Source: Octopus vulgaris (lineage: Eukaryota). From it: a stretch of DNA of 64,000 nucleotides. Shown piece by piece: positions 1 to 13,244 of this stretch (its first letter is position 1; each line of letters opens with the position of its first letter). The notes under the pieces were generated by a model. It saw only the letters and a program-made list of their open reading frames with translations, had not been told where the DNA came from and ran no database searches. The position numbers were made by a program, and so were the translations under genes. The stretch is from the NCBI GenBank assembly GCA_951406725.2, contig OX597818.1:2232001-2296000 (forward strand). The letters run 5' to 3'.

Positions 1-689
1 TGGCTTAGGACAAGTGTCTTCCAGAGGACCATCATGGTTTCTTGTTCTCTTGTTCTAAAGGTTCTAAGAATCCATCCAGCCAGCCGTCTGCATTTCACTG
101 TCAGTTTAGCAACATGTACATGAAAGGTCGCGTCATCACTCATGTGAATACCCAGGTCACGCACTGATTGTGCCTCTGGGATTGCAATCCCTCCGGGTCC
201 AGTGTATTCCTTGGGTATTGCATTCAGTTTTGCATGCTGATAGTATAAAGCTTGAAACTTTCCAGCATTGAACTGCATGCTATTCTTTTCAGCCCACTTG
301 TATATTTCGTCCAGCTCATATTGCAGGTGCCTAGTGTCTTCAGGGTTCTGTATTGCCTGTGAAACTTTTGTATCATCTGCATAACTTGTGATCGTGGCTC
401 TCTGCGTGGCTGAGGGCATGTCTGAGAGGGCCATTATGAACAGTAGTGGTCCCAAAACAGTGCCCTGTGGAACACCACTCATTATTTGCGTGTTAATGGA
501 AGTGGCTACTACCACCTGACTTCTATTCTTCAGAAAGTATGAAGCCATTCTCCTAGTTTTCCAACTATGCCAAGATCACGCAGCCTGTGACATATCATTC
601 CGTGATCGACTTTATCGAAGGCCTTTGCGAAGTCGAGATATATGACTTCCACATTTGAGTGGTTGAGCAGTTGTTTCAGCACCCAGTCA

Positions 690-690
<1 letters not shown>
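1..690 (-). mobile_element. CR1-group LINE reverse transcriptase fragment (5'-truncated, runs off window)
   Basis: Minus strand encodes [42 protein letters not shown] and SYADDTK; very similar to the copy at 61977-62640. Confidence 0.9.
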
Positions 691-1024
<334 letters not shown>

Positions 1025-1611
1025 AAGATGGCGCTGAACTAACAACAAGTGTGTTAACGTCTCTCTCCTAAACATTAAGGAAGTCCATCCAGAGATCGAT
1101 GTTATCAGAAGCGAAATTGTCTGCAAAGCGAATATAAGTGAAAGTACAACAAGTCACTGTATTTGAGAAGAATATTTTCGCTTTTGATATAGTGTTTTGC
1201 AACTAGAACATACTCGCGAATACACGTGTTAAAACGCACGTGTGTTACTTTCCCGAAATCGAAGTGAATTTTATTCTTCGTCTGTGAATCAACAAGACAC
1301 AGGATATTTTCGTTTTTGATGTATATCTGCGTGTTCTGAAAAAAGCCTCTGAAAAATTTGCTGCTTAATACCAAATCGCTTAGGGAAATACAGAAAGTAT
1401 TCTCAAACTGTTGCACGTGCTAAATCGAAACTCAAATCCCTTTTGTTTACAAAGTGCGCTTGGGGAAAAAAGGTCTGTCTTGTCTATCTATCTTCCTTTC
1501 TCATAAAAAGGAATCGCGTAAGTACTCTCTCTCAGCCGGTAAGGTAAGGAAAAAAAAATATTACTTATTTTGTTATCATTAGTGTTCTTTCAAACAGAAA
1601 ATAATAATATA

Positions 1612-1865
1612 TCTATGTGTATGTATATGTGTGTGTTAGAAGTATAGCCGCAATTATTTTTAGAAGACATTGTTTTAGCGACGGACAAATGTATATCTTC
1701 TTTTCTCTTTTCTCTGCTTAAATTCTGTAAAATCTCTATGTGTATGTATATGTGTGTGTTAAAAGTATAGTCACAATTAGTTTTTATTTTAGAATACATT
1801 GTCTGTAGCGACAAATACATATTTTCTTTTCTCTTTTTCTCTGCTTAATTTCTGTAAAATCTCTT
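1612..1865 (+). repeat. Diverged tandem duplication, 2 x ~125 bp
   Basis: tctatgtgtatgtatatgtgtgtgtt...ttctgtaaaatctct occurs twice. Confidence 0.8.
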
Positions 1866-2264
1866 GGATTGTTTTCTTTCAGCTATTTCATTATTATTAT
1901 TATTGTTTCTTTATATACTCACTTGGTACTACTGTTTATATATGTGCGTGTGCACACATGTGTATATGTGTGTATGTGTATGTATGTATACGTGTGTGTG
2001 TGTGTGTACAAATAGCTTCGCTTAGAATTCTCCCTCTCTCTCTCTCTCTCTGTCTGTCTCTTCAGTTTCTCTCACTCACGCTTCTCCTTGTCTCTTCATA
2101 GCTCTCATTCTATCTTACTCCCCTCTTTCAAATATATAAATTCTCTCTATATTTCTTCCTTCTCTCCCTATCTCTTCAGTTTCTCTCCCGCTTCTCTTTG
2201 TCTCTCCATTACTCTCTTCTATCTCTTCAGTTTCTCTCCCGCTTCTCCTTGTCTCTCCATTTCT

Positions 2265-2554
2265 CTCTTCTAACTTACTCTCCTCTCTCGGATACATATA
2301 AGGACATAGACGCTTTCTCTCTCTTCCTTCAGCTCTCGGTCTCTCCTCTTCCTCTTCTCTCTTACTCTCGGCTCCCAATTTCTCCTTAAGTACATAGACG
2401 CTCCCTTTCTCTTCTAACTTACTCTCCTCTCTCGGATACATATAAGGACATAGACGCTTTCTCTCTCTTCCTTCAGCTCTCAGTCTCTCCTCTTCCTCTT
2501 CTCTCTTACTCTCGGCTCCCAATTTCTCCTTAAGTACATAGACGCTCCCTTTCT
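2265..2554 (+). repeat. CT-rich tandem duplication, 2 x 144 bp
   Basis: cttctaacttactctcctctctcggatacatataaggac starts at 2267 and 2411; copies are nearly identical. Confidence 0.9.
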
Positions 2555-2710
2555 CTACTTTCTCCCTACCCCCCTATTGCACTATTAGATTAATATAAAT
2601 TAATATAATATAATATAATTCCTCCCTTCCTCACAATCACAATCTCTTCCTCTCTCCTCCCTTCTCCCTTTTTCCCTCACAGCTTCTCTCTCTCTCCCCG
2701 CTACAACGGA

Positions 2711-3088
2711 ATGGACAACATGCAAAAATTAGAGGTGAATGCAAACACTGGCGTCAACAAAAGCCAGCGTAACTGGACGAAAGTAGAGCTGGAAGTTTTC
2801 ATCAGAGGATGGAGCTCGGCCGACAGATCGCAACCAACTAAAAACATAGCGGCGACCCTGAAAAGCCATGGCTTTATGAGGACGTTGGCGCAAGTAGAGA
2901 GGAAGAAAAGAGAAGTCGAAAGGGCCTACACTCTCATTGCACCACACATGGCTTTGCTAAGCCAAGTCCTCAAGGTGGACAAAGACAAAAGAGAGAGATG
3001 GAAACAGGAAACACCAACCACAGAGTGTCAAAAAATGACACGCCCACTGCCACAGTCGAAGAAGGCAAGCAGGGCAAACAACAGATAG
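2711..3088 (+). CDS. LINE ORF1 N-terminal part, Myb/SANT (trihelix)-like domain
   Basis: RNWTKVELEVFIRGW...IAATLKSHGFMRTLAQVERKKREVERAY matches the trihelix pattern W-T-x2-E...IA-x2-L-x3-G-x2-RT-x2-Q-x3-K. Confidence 0.6.
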   Translation: MDNMQKLEVNANTGVNKSQRNWTKVELEVFIRGWSSADRSQPTKNIAATLKSHGFMRTLAQVERKKREVERAYTLIAPHMALLSQVLKVDKDKRERWKQETPTTECQKMTRPLPQSKKASRANNR

Positions 3089-3645
3089 GCGGCGATGGGG
3101 AAACAGAAAATAACCACCCGGATGAAAAGACCTATGCAGAAAGGAACCAGTGGACAACCGTCCAACGGAGGAAGAAAAAACAGAGAGGAACTGGGGACAA
3201 GAAAACCCAGATAACATGCAAATTCTTCCGGAATGGAACCTGCTGGCATGGAGAAACAGGGGAAGGATGCAGGTTCGCTCATCCCAGGCCCTATGGAAAT
3301 TGCATCAAACCCACTCGACCAAAATGCCTTAACCAAAACCAGAACAAATACAAGCTGCCCCAGAAATATGCAGACATAGTGCGTAATGCCCCAACAAGGA
3401 GAAGGCGCACATTTGCAGAGGAAATGCAGACGGCGGCAGCAGAACAAAGAAATTTTGTGGAAATGGCAGAGAAAATTGTGGGACAACTGGCCTGGATACA
3501 TCGTCTTCAGAGCCAGGGGCACTCACAACAGCACTCAAGACCACCACAATCAAGGGACCCAGGGTGGCCACCGCTGACGCCGGCCCAGGTGCCACACCGT
3601 CAGCCTTTATTGACACCCCGGGTGTCTCACCAGTGCTTCTGCTGA
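2998..3645 (+). CDS. LINE ORF1 C-terminal part with CCCH-type zinc finger; probably continuous with 2711-3088 across a frameshift
   Basis: TCKFFRNGTCWHGETGEGCRFAHP followed by a basic and Q/P-rich tail; overlaps the start of ORF2. Confidence 0.65.
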   Translation: METGNTNHRVSKNDTPTATVEEGKQGKQQIGGDGETENNHPDEKTYAERNQWTTVQRRKKKQRGTGDKKTQITCKFFRNGTCWHGETGEGCRFAHPRPYGNCIKPTRPKCLNQNQNKYKLPQKYADIVRNAPTRRRRTFAEEMQTAAAEQRNFVEMAEKIVGQLAWIHRLQSQGHSQQHSRPPQSRDPGWPPLTPAQVPHRQPLLTPRVSHQCFC

Positions 3646-4577
3646 ATGTCAGAGGTCTGGTGAAACCCACTAATATGGGTAAAATTCCTTACCTTAGGGA
3701 CTTGAGCACAAGCAACCATGCAATATGCATAGCGCTGACTGAAACGCACCTGTCAAGCAGTATAGCAGATGCAGAAATACACATACCGAAGTATACTGTT
3801 TTTCGGTCGGACAGGAAGGAAAGAACTCATGGTGGGGTTGCCCTGTACGTCCGTGAAGATGTCACACCCATAGTACTGTTGACACACTCAAACTCAGTCT
3901 GTGACACACTGATAGTACACATGAAACAACCGAAAATAGTAATATGTGTCACATATCGGCCACCAGACACCCCTAGTCATGAAGGAGTGTTTGAAGATAG
4001 CCTCAGAAGAATAGAAGAAGTCCTGGACAAACTGGACCAGGGTAACACCATTCTACTGCTGGGAGATTTTAACCTTCCGAAAGTCAAATGGCCAGATGGC
4101 CATCTCCTCCCTGGAATGACATCACTTGAACAGAGACAGACAGAGTCCTTGTTGGCTCTCACACGCAAGTTTTTCATGGAGCAAGCAGTGCTTTGGCCAA
4201 CAAGAGGTGAGAATGTCTTGGACCTCTGTTTCACAAGCAACCCGATGCTCATCCACAACATAATGGTAACACCAACAATTCTCTCAGATCACAACTTAGT
4301 AGAGGTAATGATATATGGTATGAGAGAGTTAGTTGAGACGCAGCCATTAGAAAATACCACAGGCCTATCCAGTCTAAACTTCCATAAGGCAAACTGGAAG
4401 AAGATCAACGAAGAGATCCGAAAACATGACTGGAGTGACTTCATCACCACACAAGACACCAACACACATTTCCAACATTTCATGACAACAATACAGAACA
4501 TATGCCATAAGTTTGTCCCGGAGAAAAAGCCAGCGGGCATAGGAACGTTATTCCCAGAGACAGGAAAATACTTATGA
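3564..4577 (+). CDS. LINE ORF2 apurinic-like endonuclease (APE) portion
   Basis: Motifs LLNVRGL, LTETHL, GGVALYV, YRPP, LLGDFN, LDLCF, SDHNL; frameshift near 4530-4540. Confidence 0.92.
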   Translation: MATADAGPGATPSAFIDTPGVSPVLLLNVRGLVKPTNMGKIPYLRDLSTSNHAICIALTETHLSSSIADAEIHIPKYTVFRSDRKERTHGGVALYVREDVTPIVLLTHSNSVCDTLIVHMKQPKIVICVTYRPPDTPSHEGVFEDSLRRIEEVLDKLDQGNTILLLGDFNLPKVKWPDGHLLPGMTSLEQRQTESLLALTRKFFMEQAVLWPTRGENVLDLCFTSNPMLIHNIMVTPTILSDHNLVEVMIYGMRELVETQPLENTTGLSSLNFHKANWKKINEEIRKHDWSDFITTQDTNTHFQHFMTTIQNICHKFVPEKKPAGIGTLFPETGKYL

Positions 4578-6585
4578 GGCGAAGAGCTAAGCTCTCGAAG
4601 CAACTGAATGCACGGCAGAGAAACAATGAGGGACTCCACCTGAAACTTTTTGAAACGGAAACTGCACTCAAACTTTCCTATGAGAAGGAGAGGGCAGAGA
4701 GAGAAGCCAGGGCCATAGAGAATATTAAAACAAACCCTAAAGCCTTCTTTAAATTTGCGAAAGAAACCACCTCGGTACACTGCAAGATTGGCCCACTCTT
4801 TGATAAAAAGGGCTCTCTAACTGAGGACCCCCAAGGGATAAGTGAAATACTAAAGGAACAGTATAAAAGTGTGTTCACATCCCCTCTGGGGCACATGCAA
4901 ATCACAAACCCAGAAGTTTTCTTTGATGCCACAACACTCCAAAACCAAACAACAACCATCGACCACATAGACATAACAGAGAGGGATGTAATATCTGCCA
5001 TAGAAGAAATGAGAATAAACTCAGCTGCTGGACCAGATGGATTCCCAGCAGTCCTCCTAAAAACATGCAGGCATGCCCTAGCGGGACCACTGAAGAAGCT
5101 CTTCAGTGGTTCCTTGGCTAACGGTAAACTGCCCAGGGCGCTAAAAGAAGGCACCATATGCCCTATCCACAAAGGAGGGAGTAGAGCAGAGGCCAAAAAC
5201 TACAGGCCAGTCTCCCTGACGTCACACATAAGTAAGGTCATGGAACGAATCATCAGAAAAAAACTGATCACGTTCCTCGAAGAAACTAACCGTCTCACTG
5301 ACACACAGCATGGCTTTCGCCCAGGAAGAAGCTGCCTTACGCAGCTGTTACAACACTACGACTGGGTACTGAAACAACTACTGGATCGCTCACAGGTGGA
5401 TGTGGTATATCTCGACTTTGCGAAGGCCTTTGACAAAGTCGACCACGGAGTGATATGTCACAAATTACTCAGACTCGGCATAACAGGAAAAGTAGGTGAG
5501 TGGATACATGACTTCCTGAAGGACAGAAGCCAGATGGTTGCAGCCAATGGAGCCCTCTCGGGAAAGACACCAATAGCAAGCGGGGTGCCACAGGGCACAG
5601 TCTTGGGACCCTTGCTGTTTTTGGTGGCGCTCTCTGACATGCCCTTGGTAGCACAAACAACATCCCTCACTAGCTATGCTGATGACACAAAGGTAGCACA
5701 GGCAATCAAAAACCCAGCTGATGCTGACCTTTTACAACAAGATCTGGATGCCATATACAAATGGGCTGAAGACAACAACATGCAATTTAATGCTGGTAAA
5801 TTTCAAGCCTTACAATATCAAGCTGTAAACACATATACATTACAACACAACTATACTGGTCCAGGAGGGATCGAAATCCCAGTATCGAAATCAATACGGG
5901 ACCTGGGGATAGACATGAGTGACGATGCATCTTTTTCTTCACACATCGCGAAGGTGGCGACAATGTGCAGACGACTCACTGGCTGGATCCTGAGGACATT
6001 CCGGACAAGAGACTGCGAGACCATGTTGACACTATGGAGGACATTTGTCCTAAGCCGCCTGGACTACTGCTCCCAACTGTGGTCACCGCATAGTGTCAAA
6101 CTAACCACAGAGCTTGAGACAATCCAAAGACATTTCACCAAGAGGATTTCCACCATGAAAGAAAAGAACTATTGGGAGAGGCTTAGGGAACTCAATTTGT
6201 ACTCCTTGGAACGAAGACGAGAGAGATATGCAGTGATATACATATGGAAAATCCTGGAGGGACTAGCACCAAATTTTGGAATTGAGAGCTGTTCCAATCC
6301 CCGTACAGGACGTCACTGTGTGGTGCCAAAGGTCCCGTCTTCCACATCCAGGGTAAGGAGCAGATACTGTAATAGCCTGGGGTTCAGGGGCCCTCAGCTT
6401 TTCAACAAACTGCCAAGAAAACTAAGAGATCTACATGATGCGGATGTGGACATTTTCAAAAACATCTAGACAAGCTGCTTTCCGGGATCCCAGATGAACC
6501 CACTGCAAGGTACGAAGGTAACCTAAGGGCAGCAGCTACAAACTCTCTCTTAGATCAGTGGCCAGCCACGGCAAACTGGACTTAG
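4574..6585 (+). CDS. LINE ORF2 reverse transcriptase portion (C-terminus restored across a 1-nt shift near 6460)
   Basis: [61 protein letters not shown]; the shifted frame continues ...IPDEPT...[19 protein letters not shown] to a stop at 6585. Confidence 0.93.
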
Positions 6586-6659
6586 AGAGGGTAGCAACAA
6601 GGGCGGTGCCCCAGCATGGCCTCAGCCGGATGGCTGAAACAAGTAAAAGAGTAAAAGAG

Positions 6660-8370
<1,711 letters not shown>

Positions 8371-8414
8371 TGGTAGAGGTAGACCCAGAAAGATGTAATG
8401 AGATGGTGAAGCAT

Positions 8415-8514
8415 NNNNNNNNNNNNNNNNNNNNNNNNNNNNNNNNNNNNNNNNNNNNNNNNNNNNNNNNNNNNNNNNNNNNNNNNNNNNNNNNNNNNNN
8501 NNNNNNNNNNNNNN
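8415..8514. other. Assembly gap (100 N)
   Basis: Run of n. Confidence 1.
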
Positions 8515-10955
8515 ATGGAGCAAATAGTTCTGCAACCAATAAGGGCAGATAATATACTGGATCTCTGCTTCACAAACAATATGGATATTATACATAATGT
8601 TAATGTGATGCCGACAATGATCTCGGATCACAACATAATAGAGCTGTCTATGTATGGAACAAAAGCCCCCGTAGACACACAGCCTATACGAAGCACCCAC
8701 CATCTCTCCAACTTAAACTTTCATAAAGCCAACTGGAAGTTGATTGAGAAAGAGATCCTCAAACAGGATTGGCCTGAATGTCTCTCCACACCGGATATAA
8801 ACATGAAACACAAACACTTCATGTCCATAATACAAGCCATATGTGACAAATATGTCCCAGTGTGCAGGGCCAGCACACACAAGAACAAAAACAGGATCCC
8901 TAGAGAAAAGAGGATTCTTATGAGACGACAGACAAGGATTGCAAACCGCCTGAGCAAGCACACCAAAAGTGATGAGAAGTCTCGGCTCGAACGAAAGCTA
9001 ATGGAAACTGAGAAAAGTCTACATCAGTCCCATGAAAAGGAGAGAGCAGATAAAGAAGCTTGGGTAATAGAAAATATAAAATCAAACCCTAAAGCTTTCT
9101 TTAAGTTTGCCAAAGAGACAGCCACAGTGCACCAGAGAATAGGACCTCTCTTCCAAAAGATGGCTCTCTCACAGGAAATCCCACGAGGATAAGTGAAATA
9201 CTGAACGAACAGTTCCAAAGTGTGTTCACTACACCTCTAGGACACAGGCAAGTAAACAACGCAGAAGAATTCTTTGCCACTTTACCTGCGGCCAAAGAGG
9301 CAAAAATTGAGTACATCAACATCGAAGATGATGATATCACACTAGCCATAGATGAGATTGACACAAACTCAGCTGCTGGACCTGATGGATTCCCAGCAAT
9401 CCTTTTCAAATCGTGCAAACGAGCCCTTGCAAAACCGCTACAGCTTCTTTTTCAGAGCTTTCTTGCAAGTGGTAAGCTCCCTGTCAAATTGAAAGAGGGG
9501 GTAATATGCCCTATCCATAAGGGAGGTAGCAGAGCAGATGCTAAAAATTATAGGCCTATCTCTCTGACCTCACACATCAGCAAAGTTATGGAACGAATAG
9601 TCCGTAAGAAACTAATCATGTTCCTTGAAGAAAATGACTTGCTGTCTGACACCCAGCATGGATTTCGACCAGGTAGAGGCTGCCTAACACAGCTCCTGCA
9701 ACATTATGACTGGGTGTTGAAACAGCGACTAAATGGCTCAAATGTGGATGTAATATATCTCGACTTTGCAAGGGCCTTTGATAAAGTCGACCATGGTATG
9801 ATCTGTCACAGACTGCATGGTCTCGGCATAGGCGGAAAACTTGTAGAGTGGCTGCACAACTTCCTAAAAGACAGAAAACAGGCAGTTGTGAGCAATCGAG
9901 CCACCTCCAAGGAAACGCAAATAACAAGCGGTGTCCCACAGGGCACTGTCTTGGGGCCACTGATGTTCATAGTGGCCCTTTCAGACATGCCTTCAGTTGC
10001 TACGATGACCACCCTTGCTAGCTATGCAGATGACACAAAAGTCTCCCACGCAATACAAAACCCTGAAAATATTGCGCATCTGCAACATGAGCTGGACACA
10101 ATATACAGGTGGGCTGAGGACAACAACATGCAGTTTAATGCAGGTAAGTTCCAGGCCCTGCGCTACTGGCACACAAAGGTAAATGACGTGAAGACTGGAT
10201 ACACTGGCCCAGGAAGAATTGCAATCCTTGAGTCAAAATCAGTGCGTGACCTGGGCATTGACATGAGCAATGATGCATCTTTCCAAGTTCATATTACTAA
10301 TCTGGTGATAAAATGCAGACGGCTGGCTGGATGGATTCTCCGAACTTTCAGAACAAGAGAGAGGAGACACTGATGGTCCTATGGAAAACATTCGTCCTCA
10401 GCGGCTTGGACTACTGCTCCCAACTGTGGTCACCACACAATATAAAACAAACAGCAGAACTCGAGGCAATTCAGAGAAGCTACACAAAGAAAATCGTCTC
10501 AATGCAAAATATCAGCTACTGGGAAAGACTGAAGGTATTAAACCTCTTCTCCCTAGAGCGGAGGTGGGAGAGATATGCAGTGATATACATCTGGAAAATC
10601 CTGGAGGGTCTTGTCCCAAACTTTGGCATTCAAAGTTACTCCAACCGCAGAACGGGGCGCCACTGCATGGTGCCAAGGATTCCAACATCACCATCAAAAT
10701 ACAGGTCCAGATACTGCAACAGCTTGGGTTTCAGAGGACCACAGCTCTTTAACATCCTCCCTAAATGCCTGAGAGACTTACATGGTGTGGATGTAGGTTT
10801 CTTTAAAACTAAACTGGATCTCTTCTTGTTGGGAGTCCCAGATGAACCTACCTCACGACAGGAGACGCGGATGCGGGCAGCAGCATCGAACTCCCTTGTT
10901 GATCAAGTGCCACGTATCAGAGGTGGATTCACAAATTAGTGTAGCTCATTCAGCT
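8515..10955 (+). mobile_element. Second CR1-group LINE (related family): end of APE plus RT, frameshifted, 5' end lost in the gap
   Basis: ORFs 8515-9192, 9222-10373 and 10313-10939 are collinear with ORF2 of the 1025-6663 element (LDLCF, SDHN, YADDTK, RAAASNSLVDQ). Confidence 0.92.
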
Positions 10956-10971
10956 AAATATATATATTTAT

Positions 10972-11024
<53 letters not shown>

Positions 11025-11099
11025 GATAGATAGATAGATGATAGATAGATAGATGATAGATAGATAGATGATAGATAGATAGATGATAGATAGATAGAT

Positions 11100-11138
<39 letters not shown>

Positions 11139-11401
11139 GATAGATAGATAGATAGATGATAGATAGATAGATAGATAGATGATAGATAGATAGATAGAAG
11201 ATAGATAGATAGAAGATAGATAGATAGAAGATAGATAGATAGAAGATAGATAGAAGATAGATAGATAGAAGATAGATAGATAGAAGATAGATAGATAGAA
11301 GATAGATAGATAGAAGATAGATAGATAGAAGATAGATAGATAGATGATAGATAGATAGAAGATAGATAGATAATAGATAGATAGATAATAGATAGATAGA
11401 T
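10972..11401. repeat. (GATA)n / (GATAGATAGAA)n microsatellite
   Basis: Directly visible. Confidence 0.97.
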
Positions 11402-12308
11402 ATACATGGAAACATGTTAGCGTTGGTGACAGCAAAGGCATCCGGTCGTAGAAACAGCTTCAGTAAAGACTGCAAACATGGAAAACTGGGCATTAAAGAA
11501 TGGTGATGACAATCATTATCATTGAAAGTCTACTTTCCCATCTGGTATGGGTCAGACGTGTGTGTGTGTGTGTTTGTCCCCCATCCCCACTATCATCCCC
11601 CACTTCAGAACAGATGTCAATATATTTACGTTCCAGTAAACTAGCAGTTTGGCAAAAAGAGAATTGAGTACATGCACGCATAACTGAGGACGTGTGTACC
11701 CGTGTGTATATGTATACTTTTTTATATAGTAGTACAAATACAATAAAGATTTAAAAGGATAACACAAGAACAGTGTTTGACAAATCATCTATTAGGTTAC
11801 TGCTGTAACGAAAATCGAAAACAACGTTTCATACGTCAGTCCTTCATCAGAAGAAATAAGCACAGAAGCACTAAAAAAGAAATATAGTGAAGAAAAACAG
11901 GCAAACGTTTAGAAACCAGGTGGGAAGAGAGTAGCTACAAAGGGAGAAAAGCCGAATGTGTAGATGCAAATATGAGAGTATGTCTCGGGAAGCAGCCATA
12001 AGAGGTGTTGTTAGTGTCATGTATATACGTTTTGAGTTGTGAGATGTGCAAGAGCGATGTAGGTGTGAATATATAGTGGCGAGAGCGTTGTTGGTGTCTG
12101 CATGTAACCATTAGGCAGATGCTGTGAAAACGTGTATATGAGGAGGTGGGGGCGGATGGATATAGGTATTAGATGAAGGGCATAGAATGGCAAGAGCAAG
12201 GTGGTGTTATCTTGATGTGTGGGGTACGTAAGTGTATAATAAAAGTACGTTCGTGGTGTATATACATACATATTCTCATGCATATATATAAATATATAGG
12301 CGCACACC

Positions 12309-12342
<34 letters not shown>

Positions 12343-12936
12343 TATACACAATTTATTCACATACACACATTTCTAAGAACTGCTGGAAGTAGGTTTCATA
12401 AATGTACAATATCAGACACTGGTAGAATTTTGTGTGAAGTTTCGGCCTTATGAGCAGTGTTAGTTTGGTCAGAACTGTTGTGTTTTTTGTTGAGTTACAA
12501 TTGAGTATCAACTGTTAGTGTTGTGTAAGGAGTGTGTAGTATTGAGTGGAGTGTTCTCTATTTAGTATCGAGTGGAGTGTGAGGTGTACTATGCGAAGTG
12601 TGTATGGAGTAGTCTATAAGTAGTGTTATAAGTGTATGTATGTAGTATTGTATGTTGCTTGTTATATGGGTGAAGTGGTCTGCATGAATTATTGTATGGG
12701 TGAAGTGGATCATGAATTATTTGTAGAATAGTCTATAAAAAGTATATACGGAATGTTTTATGTGAAAGTCAGTATCAGGGATGGTGTTGTTATTTGAAAT
12801 TACCGTTCTTTATTTTGTACGTAATTTATGTTATCAGCTCACACAAAAAGTATATTAGAAATTTTTTTAACATTTAATCCAAGAGACTTCGAGAAAAGAA
12901 GAGGGGGAATTGACCGCGCATACACACACACACACG

Positions 12937-13015
<79 letters not shown>

Positions 13016-13127
13016 ATATAAAACACATACACACATTTTTTGACAAGGACTTTTGGGATATGGAAATCCTTTTCTAATGAGTATATTTCGGTGTTTGAGT
13101 AATGTAGTGGAGATAAGAAATACTCAC

Positions 13128-13182
13128 GTTCTTTTTCGTGATCATATCCAACAACGACGAAGTAGTCAGCCAGACGAGACAT
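13128..13182 (-). CDS. SBF2: First coding exon of SET-binding factor / myotubularin-related protein 13 (SBF1/SBF2 orthologue)
   Basis: ATG at 13182 encodes MSRLADYFVVVGYDHEKE, matching the SBF1/SBF2 N-terminus (MARLADYF.VVG); 55 nt followed by a GTGAGT donor at 13127 (phase 1). Confidence 0.9.
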
Positions 13183-13232
13183 GACATCTAGCTCCAAGAC
13201 TTTATACTCCGACTAGCTAAAGCCATTACATG

Positions 13233-13244
13233 GTCGCCATCTTG
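13233..13244 (-). promoter_or_regulatory. YY1-like motif CAAGATGGCGAC upstream of the SBF start
   Basis: Close match to the YY1 consensus AAGATGGCGGC, ~55 nt before the ATG. Confidence 0.5.

Noticed and set aside
2115-2522. Minus-strand ORF with a duplicated E/R-rich peptide
   Set aside because: Explained by the 144-bp CT-rich tandem duplication
10946-11493. YLSI-repeat ORFs
   Set aside because: Translation of (GATA)n
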